Source: Actinomycetota bacterium (GTDB lineage: Bacteria > Actinomycetota > AC-67). Taken from it: a stretch of DNA of 64,000 bases. The translations under genes and the position numbers were made by a program. Under the pieces are notes generated by a model. That model was not told the DNA's origin. It was given only the letters and a program-made list of their open reading frames with translations, and ran no database searches. How positions within the stretch are numbered: the first letter of the stretch is position 1; each line of letters begins with the position of its first letter. The DNA is taken from NCBI GenBank assembly GCA_036398095.1, contig DASWHR010000141.1:1138-65137 (forward strand), given 5' to 3'. Of this stretch, positions 48,986 through 59,237 are shown one piece after another.

Positions 48986-50372
48986 CCTCGTCGCGCAACA
49001 GCACGCAGAAACGCGCGCCCCCGCCCGGACGATTCTCAACCCACGCGCGACCTTCGTGCATCTCGGCGAAGCGACGCACGAGCGACAAGCCGATGCCGGT
49101 GCCTGGCGCATGCGATGTCGAAGTGTCGCCGCGTCGGAACACGTCGAACACCGCCGTCTTCAGATGATCGGGAACGCCGGGCCCGTCGTCTTCGACGACG
49201 ATCACGAATCCGTCCGGCGCTTCGGCGAGGCGCACCCAGATCGTGGCGCCTTCGGGCGTGTGCCGCGCGCAGTTGACCGCCAGGTTCTCCACGATGCGCT
49301 CGACCTTCGGTCCATCGACGTTGGCGACGAACGAGCCGGTTGGAGGGTGCAGGCGGCGGCCGCCCAGGTCGACCCCGGCGACGGCCGATCGAATGATCTC
49401 GAGCACGTCAACCGGGCGGCGCGAGGGCCGGATCGTGCGCCGATATAGGCGATCCAAGTCGAGCAAGTCGCGCAGCAGCCGGTCGAGCTTGCGGGCGTTC
49501 ACGACCAGCCGGTCCATGATCATGTCCGCCTCGGACTCGGCGAGCGAATCCTTGTGCTCCTGCAGTGTCAACGCGAATCCGAGCACGGCGGCGAGCGGCG
49601 TGCGCAACTCGTGCGAGACGGCTTCCAGGAACGAGTTCTTCATGTCGTTGAGCGAGCGGAGGCGTTCGGCGGCTTCGCGTTCGCGTTCGAACGAAACGCG
49701 GATCGCGTCTTCGGCGCGCGAGCGCGAGATCGCTTCGCCGACGAGGTTGGCGATCGACTGGAGGAAGGCGGCGTCGTGGGTCGAGAATGCGCCGGGCGCG
49801 CGTGCATGCGCGCCAAGAATCCCGAACCGGCCGCTAGAGCCCAGGATCACTACGCCGCAGAGGCTCCGGATGTCGTGGGACGTCAGGATCGGCGGACGCT
49901 CAAAGCGGGTTTCGGTCGCCAGATCTTCTACGACCACCGGTTCGGCCGACTCGAGGATGTAGCCGGCGGCGCTTCCCGGGACCGAGGGCACCGACGATCC
50001 CACGATGCCGTCCCGCCAGCCGCGGCCGGCGCGAAACAGCAGCCGGTCGCGTTCGGGGAGCGCTTCCAGAATGCCGACGCAATCAACGCGCAAGGTGTCG
50101 ATAACGACGCGGATCGCGTCGTCGAGCAGCATGTCGACGGGCATGCCCGACAGCGCTCGAAGCCCGAGATCCGCGATCGCCTTCTGCTGCCGAACCCGGT
50201 CGGCAAGCTCGTCCTCGGCGGAACGGCGCTCGAGTTGAATGAATGGAACGTCCCTCGCCACAGGTCGATGCTTCCAGAGCATGGTTGGTGCGGCAATGGC
50301 CCGAACGAACCACATTGACCGATCCCGGGCCGCCCAAGAGTCCGACTCGTCCTGATCGGGCCAATCATGCAA
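48897..50372 (-). CDS. Cytoplasmic GAF-domain sensor histidine kinase.
   Basis: GAF domain, then HisKA (SHELRTPL) and HATPase_c (DDGPGVPD, GTGIGLSLV). Confidence 0.8.
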   Translation of the reverse strand: MHDWPDQDESDSWAARDRSMWFVRAIAAPTMLWKHRPVARDVPFIQLERRSAEDELADRVRQQKAIADLGLRALSGMPVDMLLDDAIRVVIDTLRVDCVGILEALPERDRLLFRAGRGWRDGIVGSSVPSVPGSAAGYILESAEPVVVEDLATETRFERPPILTSHDIRSLCGVVILGSSGRFGILGAHARAPGAFSTHDAAFLQSIANLVGEAISRSRAEDAIRVSFEREREAAERLRSLNDMKNSFLEAVSHELRTPLAAVLGFALTLQEHKDSLAESEADMIMDRLVVNARKLDRLLRDLLDLDRLYRRTIRPSRRPVDVLEIIRSAVAGVDLGGRRLHPPTGSFVANVDGPKVERIVENLAVNCARHTPEGATIWVRLAEAPDGFVIVVEDDGPGVPDHLKTAVFDVFRRGDTSTSHAPGTGIGLSLVRRFAEMHEGRAWVENRPGGGARFCVLLRDEATATGEDASDAPARGHAGAAPLAAGGPRP

Positions 50373-50449
50373 GCGGTTTCTCGGAAAACCCGCCGATCTT
50401 CCAGAAATCTCCTGGTGCTGGTGGTGCTATTGAGCCATAGTGCGCCCCC

Positions 50450-51886
50450 ATGCGCCGCCTTCCCCGACGTGGCGCGGCACTGACGCTCGGTGTCGTGGTC
50501 GCGCTCGCCCTCTTGCCGGCCCCCGCGGCCGATGCGTCGGGGGCGGCGAGTTCGATCACCGTCTGGGGTCGCGGGTTCGGCCACGGCCGCGGACTCAGCC
50601 AGTGGGGCGCACGCGGGCTCGCGTCCACCGGCTCGTCGTGGCAGGCGATTCTGGCGCACTACTATCGCGGCACCGCGCTCGCCCGCCGCCCGCCGGGAGA
50701 ACGAATCCGCGTCCTGGTTGAATCCTCGCCGGCGGTCGTCGCGACCAGCGCCCGGCGGTTCACGATCCGGTGGCGAGACGGCCGAATGATCGGGCTCAAC
50801 GACAGCAGCCGCCGCTTCGTGCGGGTGCGATACGCCGGCGGCCGGTATCGCGTCGACAAGGGCACGACCCCGTGGGGCCCGTGGAGGGCGATGACTCACG
50901 GGAAGATGCCCGTCGTTTTCGTGCGCGGCGCCTCGCCGATCGAGATCGTGTCCTCGTCGGGATCCTCGCGCGCGTACCGGCAGACGATCGAGGTGCGCCG
51001 TCGCGGGTCACGTATCGACGCGATCAACCATGTCCCGCTCGAGGAGTATCTGATGGGAGTCGTTCCGCGCGAGATGCCCTCGACGTGGCCGGCCAATGCG
51101 TTGCGTGCGCAGGCGGTGGCGGCGCGAAGCTACGCCGTGGCGGTGATGGAACGCTGGCGCGACCGTTCGTATCACATTTGCGACACAACCGCGTGCCAGG
51201 TCTACGGCGGGCTTGCGACGCGCCGCGCCCAGGGCTCGAAGCCGGTAACGGCCGAGCGCGGCTCCACCACGGCGGCCGTGCTGGGAACGGCGCGCCTCGT
51301 GGTCACGCACGCGGGGAGAACCGTCTTAGCCGAGTATTCGTCCTCGAGCGGAGGACGCACCGCGAACGGCGGCCGGCCCTACCTTCGATCCGTTGACGAT
51401 CCGTCCGACCGGATCTCACCGCACCATCGATGGTCGGTACGACTCGATTCCGGCCGCATCGAACGCGAATGGCCGAGCGTCGGGCGGCTTCGGTCGGTCG
51501 TGGTGCGCGGGCGCGACGGCGGCGGTCCGTGGGGCGGGCGCGTTCGCAGCGTCCGCATCACCGGCACGCGAGGCCGCGTCGACGTGCCGGGCGGCACGTT
51601 CGCGTCGCGGATGAATCTTCGAAGCCGCCTGTATGCGATCGCGCCGCCGCCGGCGGCCGGATATCGGTTCACGACCGACATGGGAATCGGGGCGACCGGT
51701 CGCGCCGTGCGCGAGCTGCAACATCGGCTGCATCGCGCCGGCGCCTATCCGGCGGGAAAGGTCACCGGCACGTTCGGTCCGCTCACGCGGGATGCGTTGC
51801 GCCGCTACCAGCGGTCGCGCGGGATCCGCCCGACCGGCTACCTGGGCCCCCAGACGCGCGCGAAGCTCAACGCCGAAGCCCGCTGA
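50450..51886 (+). CDS. SpoIID/LytB-domain protein with a C-terminal peptidoglycan-binding (PG_binding_1) domain.
   Basis: Signal peptide. SpoIID motifs (GHGRGLSQWGA, EYLMGVVPREMP, ALRAQAVAARSYA). C-terminal GATGRAVRELQHRL...LTRDALRRYQ. Confidence 0.8.
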   Translation: MRRLPRRGAALTLGVVVALALLPAPAADASGAASSITVWGRGFGHGRGLSQWGARGLASTGSSWQAILAHYYRGTALARRPPGERIRVLVESSPAVVATSARRFTIRWRDGRMIGLNDSSRRFVRVRYAGGRYRVDKGTTPWGPWRAMTHGKMPVVFVRGASPIEIVSSSGSSRAYRQTIEVRRRGSRIDAINHVPLEEYLMGVVPREMPSTWPANALRAQAVAARSYAVAVMERWRDRSYHICDTTACQVYGGLATRRAQGSKPVTAERGSTTAAVLGTARLVVTHAGRTVLAEYSSSSGGRTANGGRPYLRSVDDPSDRISPHHRWSVRLDSGRIEREWPSVGRLRSVVVRGRDGGGPWGGRVRSVRITGTRGRVDVPGGTFASRMNLRSRLYAIAPPPAAGYRFTTDMGIGATGRAVRELQHRLHRAGAYPAGKVTGTFGPLTRDALRRYQRSRGIRPTGYLGPQTRAKLNAEAR

Positions 51887-52185
51887 CCGGGCGGGGCGGG
51901 CCATTCGACCGGGACCCGAATGGACTAGAAGAACCATCCGGACGGGGGGCGAGGAATCGACGCCGGAGAACCGATCTGTACCACGACGCAATTCGGCACG
52001 ACGCATTCGGCGATCGATCGGAGGCTCGGCATGGCATTCGTAGTCGTGATGACGATGGCACTCGTCACCGCTCTGGTGTTGGTCCCCTGCGCCACGACCC
52101 TGATCGTCAAAAGCAGCCGCAGCGGCCTGAGCACGCGCCGCAGCAGAGAGGCCGCGACCCGCGCGAGGATGGCCGAGATCTTCGG

Positions 52186-54627
52186 CTATGACACGATCAC
52201 GTTGGTGACGTCCTCACCGGCGAACACGACGCGCGCCGTGCGCGCGCCGGTCATGCAGTACGCAAACTCATTCGTCTGCCGCGAAGCGGGCTGACCCAGC
52301 GTCCGAAGCACCTGCTCCGGGTTCATCCCCGCCGTCACGTTCGCGACCTGCGCGTCGGTCAGGTCGTCCACATCGTTGCGACACGCGTTGGGCGCGATGC
52401 CCACGGCACGCTCCCACATCTGCAAGTAGGCCTCGGGTCCCTTCTCCATGTCTTCCAGGATCGTGTCGCCGGCGATCTTGCGCAGATCCTGAAGCCAGTC
52501 CGGATACAGACCGTAATGTGCGACGCCGTCGGTGTTGACGTCGTAGACACGCTCACCGCTTCGCTGCTTGTCCACGGTGACGCCACCGAAGCCGGTGAAC
52601 GGGTAGGTCACCTTGTTGGGGTTGCCTGCTCCGCGCGGTGGGCCTTGGGCACCGAAGCCGTTCACGTCAGAGCCATAGCCGAGCGCGAAACCGAACGTGT
52701 CGATGTCGGCCCAGCCTTTCGTCTTGTTCCAATCGTTGACGAACCCGGCTGACGAGCCGGCGTAGGGCGTGACGACCCCGCCCATCTCGATCACGCGGCG
52801 GTAGGTCGAGTCGTCGGCCCAACTGTGGCTGGAGACCACGCCCGGATAGCCGGCGGCTTCGATGTAGTCCATCGCCTCGCTGCGGGCTTTCGCGCTCATG
52901 TGGTCGGGATCGAAGATCATGCCGCGGCTCATCATCGCGTCGAGCATGTGCCGGCCGAGGTCGGTCAGGCCTCGCGTGTTGCAATGCGGACCGGCCGGGT
53001 AGGCGGGCACACCGTTCGAGGCCGCCAGGCTGAGCACGCCGGCGAAGACCGAGTCGCGTCCGGTGAACTCGCTCTTGGTGGCGTCGTCGTGGACGTTGAT
53101 CTGCGGCTTGTCGTGCTCGTGGCCGTCTTCGCAGGTCTGCATCTGCCAGTAGCTGCCGGTCTCGCTCATGTTGCCTTGGTTCACCACGACGCCGGTCGAG
53201 CCCCCGTCGCCGGTGACGCCCGACAGCGCGTTGTCGAACTTGTTGACCAGCTCCATCTGCCGGACGCCGAGGTCGTAGACGGCCTGCATCTCGCGGTCGA
53301 TCTTCGCCTGATCGCAGGTCGGAATGTCGCGGACCAGGCCGCAGTCGAGCGGCGTGGAGACTTCGATGCCCAACACGACGGCCAGCTTCCCGCCGTTGAT
53401 GAGGCGCCGCGCTTGGAAGGGGTCGGTCGCGATCCGGAACCAGCCTTCGCCGGGCCCGCCTTCCTGCGCGTCGATGTAGCGCTCGAGTTCGCGAATGCGC
53501 TCTGCCTGCAGGCGCACCCCGTCCATCTCGTTGCAACTGTTCTGCCGGTACGGGTAGATCTTGCACAGCGCCGCGTTGTCGACGAGCAAGTTGACGAACA
53601 GGCGCAGCCCGCCGCGCCAGGCGCGCTCAAGCCACTTGTAGTAGAGCTGCTCGTGCGTGAGCGAGTTGTATCGCGGCCAGAAGCCGAACGTCGGCCAGCC
53701 GACGGTGTCGTGGCTGGCCGGACTGCCCAACACCGTCTCCAGCACGGCGCCGCGACCGCCGGGCTCGTGATCGGGACAGTCGATGAGAGCTTGCGTAACG
53801 CCGTAGCGGTGCCAGGGGCGGCCGCAGCGGCTGCGGCCGCCGATGAACTCGTAGGCCATCATGTGCACGTGCGCGTCGAGGTAGCCGCGCACCTCCGCGA
53901 TCGCGGTATCGCCGGTCGCAACCGGGCCGTCGATGTTGATCTGGACTTCGGGGAACTCGGTGCAGCCGGTGGTGAGCTGCAGCGCGAAATCGGTGGCGAC
54001 GTCGGTGAGCGCGAGCGCGCCGCCCGGTCCGGTCACAAGACCCTGCTCGGTCGCGGGAAGCGTGAAGGAGAACGTGCCGGGACCGGTTTGCTCGACGGTC
54101 CAGTCGGCCAGATCCGATGCGATCGCCGCGCCGACGAGGGCCGAGCCGCGGCCGGTCGCGTCGCCCAGCGCGCTTGCCGCAACGGCCTTCGCGGCGTCCT
54201 CCGACGCGCCGCCCGACAGGCCGTCGGCATAGCCGCCGGGCGTGGATCGGTGGACTTCGTCGGCCAGATCGCCGACAAGGCCGGCGTCGGCGGCCAGATG
54301 CGACTCGGCGGTGTCGAACAGCAGATAGCTTCCCAGATCCGTCGCCTTGAAGAAGAACGGCTCTGCTTCGCCGAGCGAGGCGCCGGTGGCGGCGTAGGAG
54401 CCGCCGGACCGCTGCACCCAGCCGCCGGCTGCGACCGAGCGCACGCCGTAGCAGCCGCCGGCCATCGCGTAGCGGTCTTCGGGGACCGGCAGCCTGGTCG
54501 CCGAGCTCGCCCGCTGGGACATCGTCGCGGGAAGGATCGTCGACAGCAGCGCGAGCGCCAGGCCGCCGGCCATGCGCGGCGAAAGCCGCCTCGACGTGCG
54601 GGTTCGTTGTGCCGGTGCATTGTTCAC
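52186..54627 (-). CDS. Large (813 aa) secreted M19 (renal/membrane dipeptidase)-like amidohydrolase with an N-terminal extension and a Tat-like signal.
   Basis: M19-like blocks (DAHVHMMAYEF, ELVNKFDNALSG, IFDPDHMSAKA, VVSSHSWADDSTYRR). N-terminus SRRLSPRMAGGLALALL. Confidence 0.6.
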   Translation of the reverse strand: MNNAPAQRTRTSRRLSPRMAGGLALALLSTILPATMSQRASSATRLPVPEDRYAMAGGCYGVRSVAAGGWVQRSGGSYAATGASLGEAEPFFFKATDLGSYLLFDTAESHLAADAGLVGDLADEVHRSTPGGYADGLSGGASEDAAKAVAASALGDATGRGSALVGAAIASDLADWTVEQTGPGTFSFTLPATEQGLVTGPGGALALTDVATDFALQLTTGCTEFPEVQINIDGPVATGDTAIAEVRGYLDAHVHMMAYEFIGGRSRCGRPWHRYGVTQALIDCPDHEPGGRGAVLETVLGSPASHDTVGWPTFGFWPRYNSLTHEQLYYKWLERAWRGGLRLFVNLLVDNAALCKIYPYRQNSCNEMDGVRLQAERIRELERYIDAQEGGPGEGWFRIATDPFQARRLINGGKLAVVLGIEVSTPLDCGLVRDIPTCDQAKIDREMQAVYDLGVRQMELVNKFDNALSGVTGDGGSTGVVVNQGNMSETGSYWQMQTCEDGHEHDKPQINVHDDATKSEFTGRDSVFAGVLSLAASNGVPAYPAGPHCNTRGLTDLGRHMLDAMMSRGMIFDPDHMSAKARSEAMDYIEAAGYPGVVSSHSWADDSTYRRVIEMGGVVTPYAGSSAGFVNDWNKTKGWADIDTFGFALGYGSDVNGFGAQGPPRGAGNPNKVTYPFTGFGGVTVDKQRSGERVYDVNTDGVAHYGLYPDWLQDLRKIAGDTILEDMEKGPEAYLQMWERAVGIAPNACRNDVDDLTDAQVANVTAGMNPEQVLRTLGQPASRQTNEFAYCMTGARTARVVFAGEDVTNVIVS

Positions 54628-54793
54628 GCAAAGCCCCCTGTTCGTTGTTCAGATCGTTTCGTGCGGTGGCCGCCAAGAAAAGGGGCCTTCCACGGATTCT
54701 CCCTGGGGACGGCGAACTCCTGCCTCAATTTTCTTTCGGAGCCGGATTCGGTAGCGTGGCCGGGCAGGCCGCCGACTCCGAGGGGGATGTCCC

Positions 54794-56173
54794 GTGAATC
54801 TTGACACCAGTGCCGCGATCGATTCGCTCGGCTCCGCATTGAACGGATCTCTCGTGCGTCCCGACGACGGCCGCTACGAAGAGTTGCGCGCGGTCTGGAA
54901 CGCGATGATCGATCGCCGGCCGGCCGCGATCGCGCGCCCCGCGAACGTCGAGGACGTCGTCGCGGTCGTGAACACGGCTCACGAACACGACCTGTTGCTG
55001 GCGGTTCGAAACGGCGGCCACAGCATGCCGGGCTTTTCCACGTGCGACGACGGACTCGTGCTCGACCTTCGCGACCTGAACGCGGTGACGGTCGACCCGG
55101 CAGCGCAAACCGCGTCCGTGCAAGGCGGCGCGCTGATCTCGGACTTGGACCGCGCAACGCAAGAGCACGGGCTGGCCGTCCCGATGGGAACGGTGGCGCA
55201 CACCGGCGTCGCCGGTTTGACGCTCGGCGGCGGCCTTGGGCGCTTGACGCGCATGCACGGCCTGTCGATCGACGCGCTCGTCGGCGTCCAAGTCGTCACT
55301 GCGGACGGCACGGTCGTCGAAGCCTCCGACGCGGAGAACCCGGACTTGCTGTGGGCCATGCGCGGCGCCGGCCCGAACTTCGGTGTGGCGACCAGACTGG
55401 ACTTCCGCGCGTTTCCGATCGGCAAAGACATGGGCGCAGGGTTGGCCGTCTACGAGTTGGAGCATGCTCGCGACGCGCTCTCGGCGCTCGGCGAGTACGA
55501 GCGAGTCGCGGCCGAGCACTTGGTCATCGTCGCATCGCTCAAGACGATTCCGGCGGGGCCGCCCTTCCCGCCCGCGCTGCACGGCCGGCGGGCGCTGTTC
55601 GTCGGTGCGAACAGCTTCGGTCCCCCCGATCAGGCCGAAAAAGAGGCGCGCGACGTCGCCCAGTTCGCGCCGGCGGCGTTCAGCGCGCAGGTTCGGGTGC
55701 CGTACCTGGCGGCGCAGCAGATGAACGACGAATACTTCGCGTGGGGCCAGCGCAACTACGTGAAAGGCGCCTTGCTGCCGGCGTTGACTCCGGAGACGGC
55801 CGACGCCGCGCTGGCCGCGTTCGAGTCGGCGCCCGGCGATCACGCCGAGATCGACTTCATCATGATCGGCGGGGCCGCATCGCGGGTCGCCGAGAGTGCG
55901 ACGGCCTACAGCGGCCGCGAAGCGCGCTTCTTTAACGGCATCCAATCCACCTGGCAGGACCCGTCGCAGGACGCAGCGCAGCGCGGCTGGTGCCGGTCCA
56001 CGTGCGAGGCGCTCTCGCGGTTCCATATGAGCGCGAACTACGTCAACGCGCTCGAGGAGACCGACCCGGTCGAGGTCGCCTACGGCCCCGAGAAATACGC
56101 CCGGCTGGTCGAGTTGAAGCGACGCTACGATCCGCAGAACCTGTTCCGGCTCAACAACAACATTCGGCCGTAG
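54794..56173 (+). CDS. FAD-linked oxidase (PCMH/BBE-like).
   Basis: FAD-binding domain (LAVRNGGHSMPG) and a C-terminal BBE-like tail (YVNALEE...YGPEKYARLVELKRRYDPQNLFRLNNNIRP). Confidence 0.8.
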   Translation: MNLDTSAAIDSLGSALNGSLVRPDDGRYEELRAVWNAMIDRRPAAIARPANVEDVVAVVNTAHEHDLLLAVRNGGHSMPGFSTCDDGLVLDLRDLNAVTVDPAAQTASVQGGALISDLDRATQEHGLAVPMGTVAHTGVAGLTLGGGLGRLTRMHGLSIDALVGVQVVTADGTVVEASDAENPDLLWAMRGAGPNFGVATRLDFRAFPIGKDMGAGLAVYELEHARDALSALGEYERVAAEHLVIVASLKTIPAGPPFPPALHGRRALFVGANSFGPPDQAEKEARDVAQFAPAAFSAQVRVPYLAAQQMNDEYFAWGQRNYVKGALLPALTPETADAALAAFESAPGDHAEIDFIMIGGAASRVAESATAYSGREARFFNGIQSTWQDPSQDAAQRGWCRSTCEALSRFHMSANYVNALEETDPVEVAYGPEKYARLVELKRRYDPQNLFRLNNNIRP

Positions 56174-56213
56174 CGCGACGCGCAATGCGTCCGGCACCGG
56201 TACGCTGACGCCG

Positions 56214-57329
56214 GTGTCCGGCCTTCGCTTCCGCCTCGCAGGCATTCCGGTTCGAGTCGAGCCGGTCTTCTTCCTGATCATCGTGCTGATCGGGGGGCTG
56301 GACCGGCCCGGCATCTTGATCCTTTCCTTCGCCGCGACCGCGTTCGTGTCGATCCTGTTCCACGAATTCGCGCATGCGGTTGCGTTCCGCGCCTTCGGAC
56401 GCTCGCCCAGCATCGTGCTGCACGCGTTCGGCGGATTGACCGGAGCGCCGGGCGCGCCACTGTCTCGGACGCGCGACATCGTCGTGTCGGCCGCCGGGCC
56501 GCTCAGCCAGATCATCGTGCTGGGCGTCCCCGCGCTGATGCTGCGGCTGCCGATCGCTCGCGCGTTTCGCTCGATCAACTGGTACATCGCGCTCACCGAC
56601 GCGGCCTGGATCAACATCGGATGGGGCGTGCTCAACCTGATGCCGGTGCTGCCGCTGGACGGCGGACGGATCGCCGCCGGACTCTTGGGCGGCGCGCGTC
56701 ACGGGATGCGGGTCGCGCACGGGTTGGGCGTGGTGGTCGCGTCGGCCGGCGCCGTGTGGGGCTTGATGAATCAACGCATCTTCCTGGCGATGTTCGGCGG
56801 GATGTTCGCCGCCATCAACGTCGCCGGCTTTCGCGACCAGCGCAGAGCGCCGCACGTCGCGCGCATTCGCGAAGGCCACCGGCTGATCGATGCGGGCGAT
56901 CCGGCGAGCGCGCTGCTTCCGGCGACCGAGGTGTTCCACGCGCCGGTCGCGCCGCCGGGAATCCGCGTGGAAGCCGCCGAGCTGGCCGCGTGGGCACATC
57001 TGGCCCGCGATGATGCCGACGCGGCCGCAGGCGCGCTGCGCCTGCTGCCGCAAGGCGCGGAGCGATCGCCGTACCTGGCCGCGTACACGGCGCTGGCCGG
57101 CGGTGATCGCGATGCGGCGCTCATCGTCGCGGCACGCGCGTTCGCCTCCGATGCCGGCGCGCCGCCGAACCGTCTGCTGGCGGCGCGACTGGTGCGCGAG
57201 CGCATGGTCGAGCCGCTGGCGGCGATCCTTCGTGACGCCGGCGACGAAGGCCGCGGGCTCGGCGAGCTGTCACAAGCGCTACGCGACGCCGGCTTCGGCG
57301 ACGAGGCTGCGCGGCTGCCGGGATCCTGA
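56214..57329 (+). CDS. Site-2 protease family (M50) membrane metalloprotease with a C-terminal soluble domain.
   Basis: HEFAH zinc motif and LNLMPVLPLDGG. Confidence 0.7.
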   Translation: MSGLRFRLAGIPVRVEPVFFLIIVLIGGLDRPGILILSFAATAFVSILFHEFAHAVAFRAFGRSPSIVLHAFGGLTGAPGAPLSRTRDIVVSAAGPLSQIIVLGVPALMLRLPIARAFRSINWYIALTDAAWINIGWGVLNLMPVLPLDGGRIAAGLLGGARHGMRVAHGLGVVVASAGAVWGLMNQRIFLAMFGGMFAAINVAGFRDQRRAPHVARIREGHRLIDAGDPASALLPATEVFHAPVAPPGIRVEAAELAAWAHLARDDADAAAGALRLLPQGAERSPYLAAYTALAGGDRDAALIVAARAFASDAGAPPNRLLAARLVRERMVEPLAAILRDAGDEGRGLGELSQALRDAGFGDEAARLPGS

Positions 57330-57353
57330 CCCCCACAGCCGCTTTCCGACGCG

Positions 57354-58013
57354 TCAGCCGAGGTTCTTGCGGAAGAACTCGAGCGTGCGACCCCGCGCGT
57401 CCTGCGAGGCGCCGCGGTCGTAGACATCGGAGCGCGTTTCGTTCGTGAACGCGTGGTGCGTGCCCGGATAGACATGGAACTCGTGGTCGATGCCGTGCTT
57501 CGACAACTCGGCGGAGAGCACATCCCGAACCTGTTGCGTGACGAAGTCGTCGTGCTCGGCGAACAGCCCCAGCACCGGTGCGTTCATCTTCGAGTAGTCG
57601 GGCGTGAGGGCCGGATGGATGCCGTACATGTCCACGACCGCGCCGACATGCTCGGGGGCAACCGTGCCGGCGAGCAGCGCGAGCTGGCCGCCCATGCAGA
57701 AGCCGATCACCCCGACGCGCCCGCCCGTCTGGCCGGCAAGGAACGCGGCCGCCCCGCGCGCGTCGGCCGCCGTCCGGTCGATGTCGAGCGCCATCATCAG
57801 CTTGCCGGCCTCATCGGGTTCGGTCGCGAGAGAGCCGTGGTAGAAGTCCGGAGCGAGCGCGGTGAAGCCTTCGGCCGCGAAGTCGTCGCACACGCCTTTA
57901 ATCTGATCGTTGAGCCCCCACCATTCCTGGATCACCACGATCCCCGGACCGTCGCCCGCCAGATAGCCCTGCGCGGTCCCTCCATTGCTCTCAAAGCTCA
58001 CCATCTCACCCAT
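57354..58013 (-). CDS. Dienelactone hydrolase family protein; start taken at MGEMVSF.
   Basis: DLH nucleophile context GFCMGGQLAL and a C-terminal His (PGTHHAF). Confidence 0.75.
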   Translation of the reverse strand: MGEMVSFESNGGTAQGYLAGDGPGIVVIQEWWGLNDQIKGVCDDFAAEGFTALAPDFYHGSLATEPDEAGKLMMALDIDRTAADARGAAAFLAGQTGGRVGVIGFCMGGQLALLAGTVAPEHVGAVVDMYGIHPALTPDYSKMNAPVLGLFAEHDDFVTQQVRDVLSAELSKHGIDHEFHVYPGTHHAFTNETRSDVYDRGASQDARGRTLEFFRKNLG

Positions 58014-59193
58014 GCATACCCTCCTTCGGAAACGAGCCGAACTCGAAGTGCATCGCGTCGGGGGTGGTCCAGGTGCCGCCCCAGATGAATCCCCAGCGCT
58101 GCATGATCTGCACGAGCCGCATGTCCTGCGTCGACGCGGCGCCGTAGCCGTTCGCGGCCGCGTTGATGTCGACCGCGACACCGAACGCGTGGCGCGAGAT
58201 GGCCTCGCTGTTGCCGACCTGCATGCGAGGGTTGTAGCAGCCGTCGTTGGTTCGCACCAGTCCGGCCAGGCCGCGCTGCTGCAACTCGAGCATGACGCGT
58301 CGGAGCTGCGGGATGATCAATCGGTGGCACCGCACCGTCCCCAGCACCGGCACCGACGCCTCGACGATGTTGGCCGCCGACCATGCGGGATCGATCGCGA
58401 TGGCGCGTCCGGCCCGCTCGCGATACCAGAACTCGCCGAAGAGCGTCTTCAACTCGCCGAGCGAGAGTAGCCGCCGCTGGGTTCCCGGCGCGGCCGGGGC
58501 TTGCGGTCCGGCTGCGGGCGTGCCGGCGCGGATGCGCGCGGGGAAGGTTCCGACGGCTCGCGTAAGCGCGGCCTCGGCTTCCACGCCGCGCTCGGGTTCG
58601 ACGACGACGACGATGCCATTCGCACGACCCAGATCCAGCGCGTCGGCGGTGGCCGGCGGGATCACGATCTCGGAGCGGAACCAGCGGTCGTCGGGGACGA
58701 CCGCGCCGATGCGCACGCGCGCGCGACGACGCCCGTTTCCGATGTCGAGCGCATCGCCCGCCTCGACACCGCGGAGCGCCGCAACGCTTCGAGGGACGAC
58801 CGCCTCGCCGCGTCGCAGCGCGGCGGCCGCGTCGGCGAAACGTTCGTAGGCGCCGAGCACGTTCGCGTCTTGCATCTCGACCGAGATCGGAAGGATCGAG
58901 CCGGCCGGCCGGCCCGCGAGCGGCTTGGTTCCGCCGACGACGCCGAGCAAGTTCAGCGTTCCGCTGCGCCGCGCCGCGACGGCCATGACGCCGGGAACCT
59001 TCGCAGCCGCGGACGCGATCGCCGGCGGCAACTGCTTCGACGACCAGATCGTGATCCGAACCGGCTGATCGGGCTCGGCCGGCTCGACGACGAGATCTTC
59101 GCCGGCCGCGAGGTCGTTTGACGGCGGTGCGGCGGGCACCGTGCACGACGCGAGCACGCCGAGCAGAGCGAGGGCGACCAGACGGCGAGACAT
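58006..59193 (-). CDS. M15B (VanY-like) D,D-carboxypeptidase lipoprotein; start taken at MSRRLVALALLGVLASC.
   Basis: Lipobox LASC. M15 motifs SRHAFGVAVDIN and DAMHFE. Confidence 0.7.
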   Translation of the reverse strand: MSRRLVALALLGVLASCTVPAAPPSNDLAAGEDLVVEPAEPDQPVRITIWSSKQLPPAIASAAAKVPGVMAVAARRSGTLNLLGVVGGTKPLAGRPAGSILPISVEMQDANVLGAYERFADAAAALRRGEAVVPRSVAALRGVEAGDALDIGNGRRRARVRIGAVVPDDRWFRSEIVIPPATADALDLGRANGIVVVVEPERGVEAEAALTRAVGTFPARIRAGTPAAGPQAPAAPGTQRRLLSLGELKTLFGEFWYRERAGRAIAIDPAWSAANIVEASVPVLGTVRCHRLIIPQLRRVMLELQQRGLAGLVRTNDGCYNPRMQVGNSEAISRHAFGVAVDINAAANGYGAASTQDMRLVQIMQRWGFIWGGTWTTPDAMHFEFGSFPKEGMHG

Positions 59194-59237
59194 GTGGACC
59201 CAGTGTGCCACTCCGGGCGCCGTGGCGCCCGCGGTTC

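Noticed and set aside
54725-56635. 636-aa minus-strand ORF.
   Set aside because: Antisense to the FAD oxidase and M50 protease genes.
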